Shown here: positions 27,620 through 32,000 of the stretch, piece after piece
Layout of the letters: each line of letters begins with the position of its first letter
How positions within the stretch are numbered: position 1 is the first letter of the stretch
From: Mycoplasma mobile 163K
GTDB taxonomy: Bacteria; Bacillota_I; Bacilli_A; Mycoplasmatales; Metamycoplasmataceae
Direction: 5' to 3'
NCBI RefSeq assembly: GCF_000008365.1
Contig: NC_006908.1
Location: forward strand, 450,001 to 482,000
Length of the DNA stretch: 32,000 nucleotides
Notes under the pieces: model-generated
Database searches by the model: none
Told to the model about the DNA's origin: nothing
What the model saw: the letters and a program-made list of their open reading frames with translations, nothing else
Made by a program: the position numbers and the translations under genes

Positions 27620-29536
27620 TTAAACTATTTTAAAATTATCTTCAAGAGAAAATACAACATTTTTATTAATTCACTCTTTCCTTAATTCAATTTGATCTCC
27701 CATTAAAGTAGAAACTCTTCTTTCGGTAATTAAAGCATCTTCGATTTCAACCTTAATTAGTGTTCTTGTTTCTGGATTCATCGCAGTTTCTCATAATTGA
27801 TCTGGATTCATTTCTCCCAAACCTTTATATCTTTGAATTTCAAAATCATTTTCTTTTTTCATTAAATTGTTTAATTCATCTTCATCTAAAACATATTTAA
27901 ATTTTTTTGTTTTTTTATTTGTTATTTTAAATAAAGGTGGAAGAGCAATATAAACCATTCCTGCTTCTATTAAGGGTTTCATATATCTATATAAAAATGT
28001 TAAAAGTAATACTTGAATATGAGAACCATCAACATCAGCATCTGTCATAATTACAACTTTATGATAATTAGCTTTTTTAAGATCAAAATCTGCACCAATT
28101 CCTGCACCAATTGTATTTATAATTGTTGAAATTTCTTCATTTTTTAAAACATCAATTAATTTTGTTTTTTCACAATTTATTACTTTACCTTTTAGGGGTA
28201 AAATTGCTTGAAATTGAGAATTTCTCCCTAATTTTGCACTTCCACCAGCAGAATCACCTTCGACTAAAAATAATTCCTTTTCAGATGCTTTTTTGCTTCT
28301 TGCTGGACTTAATTTTCCAGATAAAATTTTTTGTTCCTTTAAAGAATTTTTTGTTTCTCTCGATTCTTTTCTAGCGTTTTTTGCTGCAATTCTTGAATCT
28401 TGGGATTTTTTAATTTTATTTATAATTTTTAATGCATCTTCTTTATTTTCGTTTAGTCAAATTCATAATGAGTTTGATAAAATATCTTCTGTAATACTCT
28501 TTGCTTCTTGCGTTCCTAATTTATCTTTTGTTTGCCCAACAAATTCTAAAATATTTTCAGGAATCCTTAAAGAAATTACAATTGTAATTCCTTCTCTAAT
28601 ATCATTACCTTCGAAAGAATTGTTTTTTCCTTTTAGTAAATTTTTATCTTTTACATATTCATTAAAAACTTTTGTAAGAGCTGTTTTTACTCCATTTTCA
28701 TGACTTCCACCATCTCTAGTTTTGATATTATTTACAAAACTAACAATAGTTTCATTGTAAGAATCAGTATATTGAATTGCAATTTCAACATTGATATCTT
28801 TTTTTGTATCATTAATGTAAATAGTTTTTGAATTAATTGCATCTTTGCCGCTATTGATAAAGTCAACAAACTCTACAATTCCATTTTCGTATTTAAATGT
28901 TTCTTTTTGATTTGTATTTTCATCAACTAAAACAATCTCAAGATTTTGAATTAAAAATGAAGATTCTCTTAATCTTTCAGAAATTATTTCATATGATAGT
29001 TTTGCCCTTTTAAAAATAATGTAATCTGGTCAAAATTCAATTTTAGTTCCTCTTTTTGTTGTTGAACCAATAATTTTTGTAGATTGAGAAATTTCGCCAC
29101 CATTTTCAAAAATGGTTTCATAAATTTTTTTATCACGATAGACTGTTGCGATTAATTTTATACTTAAAGCATTAACAACGCTTGAACCAACACCATGAAG
29201 ACCTCCACTAGTTTTATATGCTCCATCTCCAAATTTACCACCAGTATGTAATTCTGTAAAAACTGCTTCAACAGTTGTTTTTTGATCTGAAAATTTATCA
29301 ACTGGAATTCCACGACCATTATCTTCAACAATTACACTTCCATCTTTAGTTAGAGTAACTTGGATTTTATTTGCAAAATTAGCAATTGCTTCATCAATTG
29401 AATTATCAACAATTTCTCACACTAAATGATGCAATCCTTTAGCATCAGTTGATCCAATATACATCCCAGGTCTTTTTTTAACAGCTTCTAAATCTTTATA
29501 TGATTTTATGCTTTTTGAGTCATAATTTATATTCAT
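27620..29536 (-). CDS. parE: Type IIA topoisomerase ATPase subunit B, ParE-like (topoisomerase IV subunit B), 638 aa
   Basis: The product starts '[29 protein letters not shown]...' and contains '[16 protein letters not shown]', 'EDNGRGIP', '[12 protein letters not shown]' and '[19 protein letters not shown]'. The block '[10 protein letters not shown]' and the length favour ParE over GyrB (IYIAQPPLYK). Many TGA codons lie in the frame. The ParE versus GyrB assignment has confidence of about 0.6. Confidence 0.9.
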
Positions 29537-29941
29537 ACAATCTATTTTAGTTTAAAAAAGTGTAACACGATAAATATTTTAATAAGTTGTTTAAAAAATG
29601 AGTATTATAAGATGAAAAAATATTAATAATTTTATTTTAAATTAATTTTAAAATTTAAACTCTTATATAGAATCATTAAAAAGATTTTTTGTAAATAATT
29701 ATGTGAGTAATTTAAATTAAAAGACTAAAACTAAGAAATTTAGAGTAATTTGAATTTGACAATTTAATGAAAAAAACAAAATTGAAAATGTGTAATGAAT
29801 TCTAAATTTTTATCATTAAATGTTTAAAAATATTAAATTAAATATGAATTAAAAGAATTAAAATTTTTTAGCTTACAAATAAGTTTAAAAACTTCTTTTA
29901 AAAATTCAAAAAAAATACCAAATTTAAATAAAAATAAATCA

Positions 29942-29968
29942 CTTTGCATGATTTATTTTTTTATTGTA
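29942..29968. terminator. Rho-independent terminator after the ABC-transporter operon
   Basis: Perfect 10-nt arms AAATAAATCA and TGATTTATTT flank a 7-nt loop, with T-rich flanks on both strands. It lies 14 nt downstream of the ATPase stop. Confidence 0.65.
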
Positions 29969-29981
29969 AATTTTATAAAAA

Positions 29982-31070
29982 TTAGTTAATTCTATTAGTA
30001 CTTGCAGTGTCAAAAATATGTAGTTTATTTTTGTCAAAAGTAAAGGTATAATTTTTTTCAACTTGAATATTAGCAGAAGAGTGTAGTGATGCAACAAAAG
30101 AATGCTTTCCATCAATTACAAAAAAAGCTTGTTTTTCTTTTCCTAAAATTTCTACAAACTCAGATTTTGCAATAATTTTATCTTCATTATTTTCCTTAGT
30201 TAAATAAATATCTTCTGAACGAACACATAAAGTTATTTTTTTTGAACCTTTTATTTGAATTTTTTCATTATCACTATCATTTAATTTAATTTTTAAAATT
30301 CCTGATTCACTAATAAAATAACCATTTTCATAACTACCTTCAAAAACATTAATTGTAGGATTTCCAATAAATTTAGCTACAAATAAATTTACTGGTTTAT
30401 TGTATAAGTCTAATGGTTTTCCAATTTGCTGAATTTTAGAATTATTCATAACAACAATTTTTGTACCCATAGTCATAGCTTCTAGTTGATCATGCGTTAC
30501 ATAAATAGTTGTAGATTCTAATAATCTATGAATTCTTACTAATTCAATTCTCATTGATTCACGTAATTTAGCATCAAGATTAGAAAGAGGCTCATCCATT
30601 AAAAATAACTTAGGTTTTCTAGCTATTGCTCTACCTAATGCAACTCTTTGACGTTGACCTCCAGAGATATCTGAAGGTTTATTTGAAAGATACTCAGAAA
30701 TTTGTAAAATTTTTGCAATGTCTTTAACTCTTCTATCAATTACATCTTTTCTTTCTTTTCTTACTTTAAGACCAAAAGCAATATTTTGATAAACAGTCAT
30801 GTGTGGGTATAAAGCATAAGATTGAAATACCATAGCGATATCTCTATCTTTTGGACTTAGACCATTAACTCTTATTCCATCAAAAACTAAATCACCTTTT
30901 GTGATTGAATTTAGGCCTGCTATCATTCTTAAAAGTGTACTTTTACCACATCCAGAAGGACCTAAAATGATTAAGAAGTCATTATCATCAATAGAGAGAT
31001 TTATGTTCTCCAAAGTATAATTTTCTCTTCCTTCATATTTTTTTGCAATATTTCTTAATTCTATTTTCAT
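29982..31070 (-). CDS. Sugar / sn-glycerol-3-phosphate ABC transporter ATP-binding protein (MalK/MsmK/UgpC family), 362 aa
   Basis: The ORF is intact. It has Walker A 'GPSGCGKST', the signature 'LSGGQRQRVALGRA', Walker B 'LFLMDEPLSNLD', the H-loop 'YVTHD' and a MalK-type C-terminal regulatory domain. An AAGGAG RBS is present. Confidence 0.95.
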   Translation of the reverse strand: MKIELRNIAKKYEGRENYTLENINLSIDDNDFLIILGPSGCGKSTLLRMIAGLNSITKGDLVFDGIRVNGLSPKDRDIAMVFQSYALYPHMTVYQNIAFGLKVRKERKDVIDRRVKDIAKILQISEYLSNKPSDISGGQRQRVALGRAIARKPKLFLMDEPLSNLDAKLRESMRIELVRIHRLLESTTIYVTHDQLEAMTMGTKIVVMNNSKIQQIGKPLDLYNKPVNLFVAKFIGNPTINVFEGSYENGYFISESGILKIKLNDSDNEKIQIKGSKKITLCVRSEDIYLTKENNEDKIIAKSEFVEILGKEKQAFFVIDGKHSFVASLHSSANIQVEKNYTFTFDKNKLHIFDTASTNRIN

Positions 31071-31080
31071 AATATCTCCT

Positions 31081-32000
31081 TTATTTTACAGCCCCTGATG
31101 TTAATCCACCTACAATAAATCTTTGTGCAAAAACAAATAATAAAGTAATAGGAATGGAAGTGATGATTGCTCCTGCAAGATATTCATATTGGAATATAGG
31201 TGCTCCTGGAGAAGTTGAAATTACAAGTGTTCTTAAACCAGCAGCTATTGTTAATTGCTTAACTGATGCTAATGATCCATCAGATAATAGAATTGGCAAG
31301 ATAATATCTCCAAATGGTCCTATGAAAGATCATAGTGCAACAATTGCAATAATTGGTTTTGCTAATGGAACTAGTATACTTCTAAAAACTTTTAAATTAG
31401 ATGAACCATCAATTTTTGCTGCTTCATCTAAATCTCTTGGTATTGAATCCATATAACCTTTTATAACAAATGTATTCCCTGTGATTGCTCCACCACTATA
31501 AATTATAATCAAGAATATTAATAGAGGTAATTGGGTTAATTGAAATAAAACTAAAAATGCAGTTAAAGATGCAACAGAAGGAACAAGTTGTAAAACTAAA
31601 ATAATAATTAATGAACTACTTTTACCCTTAAATCTAAATCTTGAAAAAGCATAAGCTAGAAATGTTGTAAAAAGCACTGTGATAATCATTGTTGAAATAG
31701 CAACTATGATTGAATTTCCTAATCATAAACCAAAATCTGTTTGTGTAAATAATTTCTCATAGTGTATAAATGAAAAACCTCCTCCTATATTTTCATTATC
31801 TCCTAGAGTATTAACCCCTGATCCATCAAAAGATAATATTAAAATTTGGAAAATAGGAAACAAAATAATAATAGCTCAAATGATAATTGTTATGTAATTA
31901 AAAATTAATGAAATTACTCCAGAAGGTTTTAAAGGAGCTAAATCAGAAAGAGAAATTTTATCATCAGTTTCTGAAATATGTGTTTGAAATTCTGCATAAT
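31081..32000 (-). CDS. CUT1-family sugar ABC transporter permease (MalG/UgpE-like), 5'-partial (runs off the window end)
   Basis: Track ORFs 31081..31299 and 31330..31689 and the upstream region are in one frame through TGA codons, and the frame is open to base 32000. The EAA loop is 'DLDEAAKIDGSSNLKVFRSILVPLAKP'. There are multiple TM helices. Confidence 0.85.

Noticed and set aside
28123-28703. Plus-strand ORFs 28123..28374 and 28293..28703.
   Set aside because: They are antisense to the ParE-like gene and have no motifs or RBS. The same reasoning applies to 9396..9626 (antisense to fusA), 18543..18728, 18999..19217 and 19327..19542 (antisense to gatB), 20638..20853 (antisense to gatA), 21742..21930 (antisense to mraZ), 22975..23175 (antisense to the ftsA-like gene), 31154..31456 (antisense to the permease), 17722..18003 (antisense to yihY), and 3884..4102, 4505..4744, 5361..5546 and 6007..6228 (antisense to the orphan genes).
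29537-29981. A replication origin (oriC) or other DnaA-box cluster in the long AT-rich gap.
   Set aside because: No TTATCCACA-like boxes, or Mollicute variants of them, were seen on either strand. No dnaA or dnaN gene is nearby either.

Overview
This is a very AT-rich chromosomal segment from a Mollicute (Mycoplasma-type) and must be read with genetic code 4 (TGA=Trp). Almost every fragmented ORF in the supplied track fuses into a full-length gene once in-frame TGA is read through. One example is TGA at 10857..10859, which encodes the Trp of the conserved EF-G 'MDWM' motif. I support about 31 protein genes and 8 tRNAs. In order they are: comEC (5'-partial), holA, a degenerate GH13 homologue, two tandem paralogous orphan genes plus a third orphan, and clpB with a CIRCE operator. 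Next come a small orphan, the str operon (rpsL-rpsG-fusA), rpiB, tsaC/ywlC, mutM and an 840-aa SGNH/GDSL-hydrolase fusion protein. Then dprA, a YihY/BrkB membrane protein, gatCAB, and a truncated dcw cluster (mraZ-rsmH-ftsA-like, no ftsZ) with a three-box MraZ operator. After that there is an 8-tRNA array, a TM2-domain protein, an orphan OmpR-type regulator with a degenerate receiver domain, recO and an alpha/beta hydrolase. The window ends with a ParE-like topoisomerase B subunit and the end of a CUT1-type sugar ABC transporter operon. No CRISPR array, transposase, integrase or prophage signature was seen, so this is mostly core genome. The most notable items are a genomically encoded tRNA-Ile(UAU) in the array slot normally held by lysidine-dependent tRNA-Ile2(CAU), the ftsZ-less dcw remnant, the orphan pseudo-receiver regulator, several pseudo-enzyme-like proteins, and a recurring leaderless-promoter geometry at head-to-head genes. 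The tRNA-Ile(UAU), the missing ftsZ and the extreme AT-richness together suggest Mycoplasma mobile or a close relative. That attribution is inference only, since no database search was possible. All coordinates come from manual reading and should be verified computationally.
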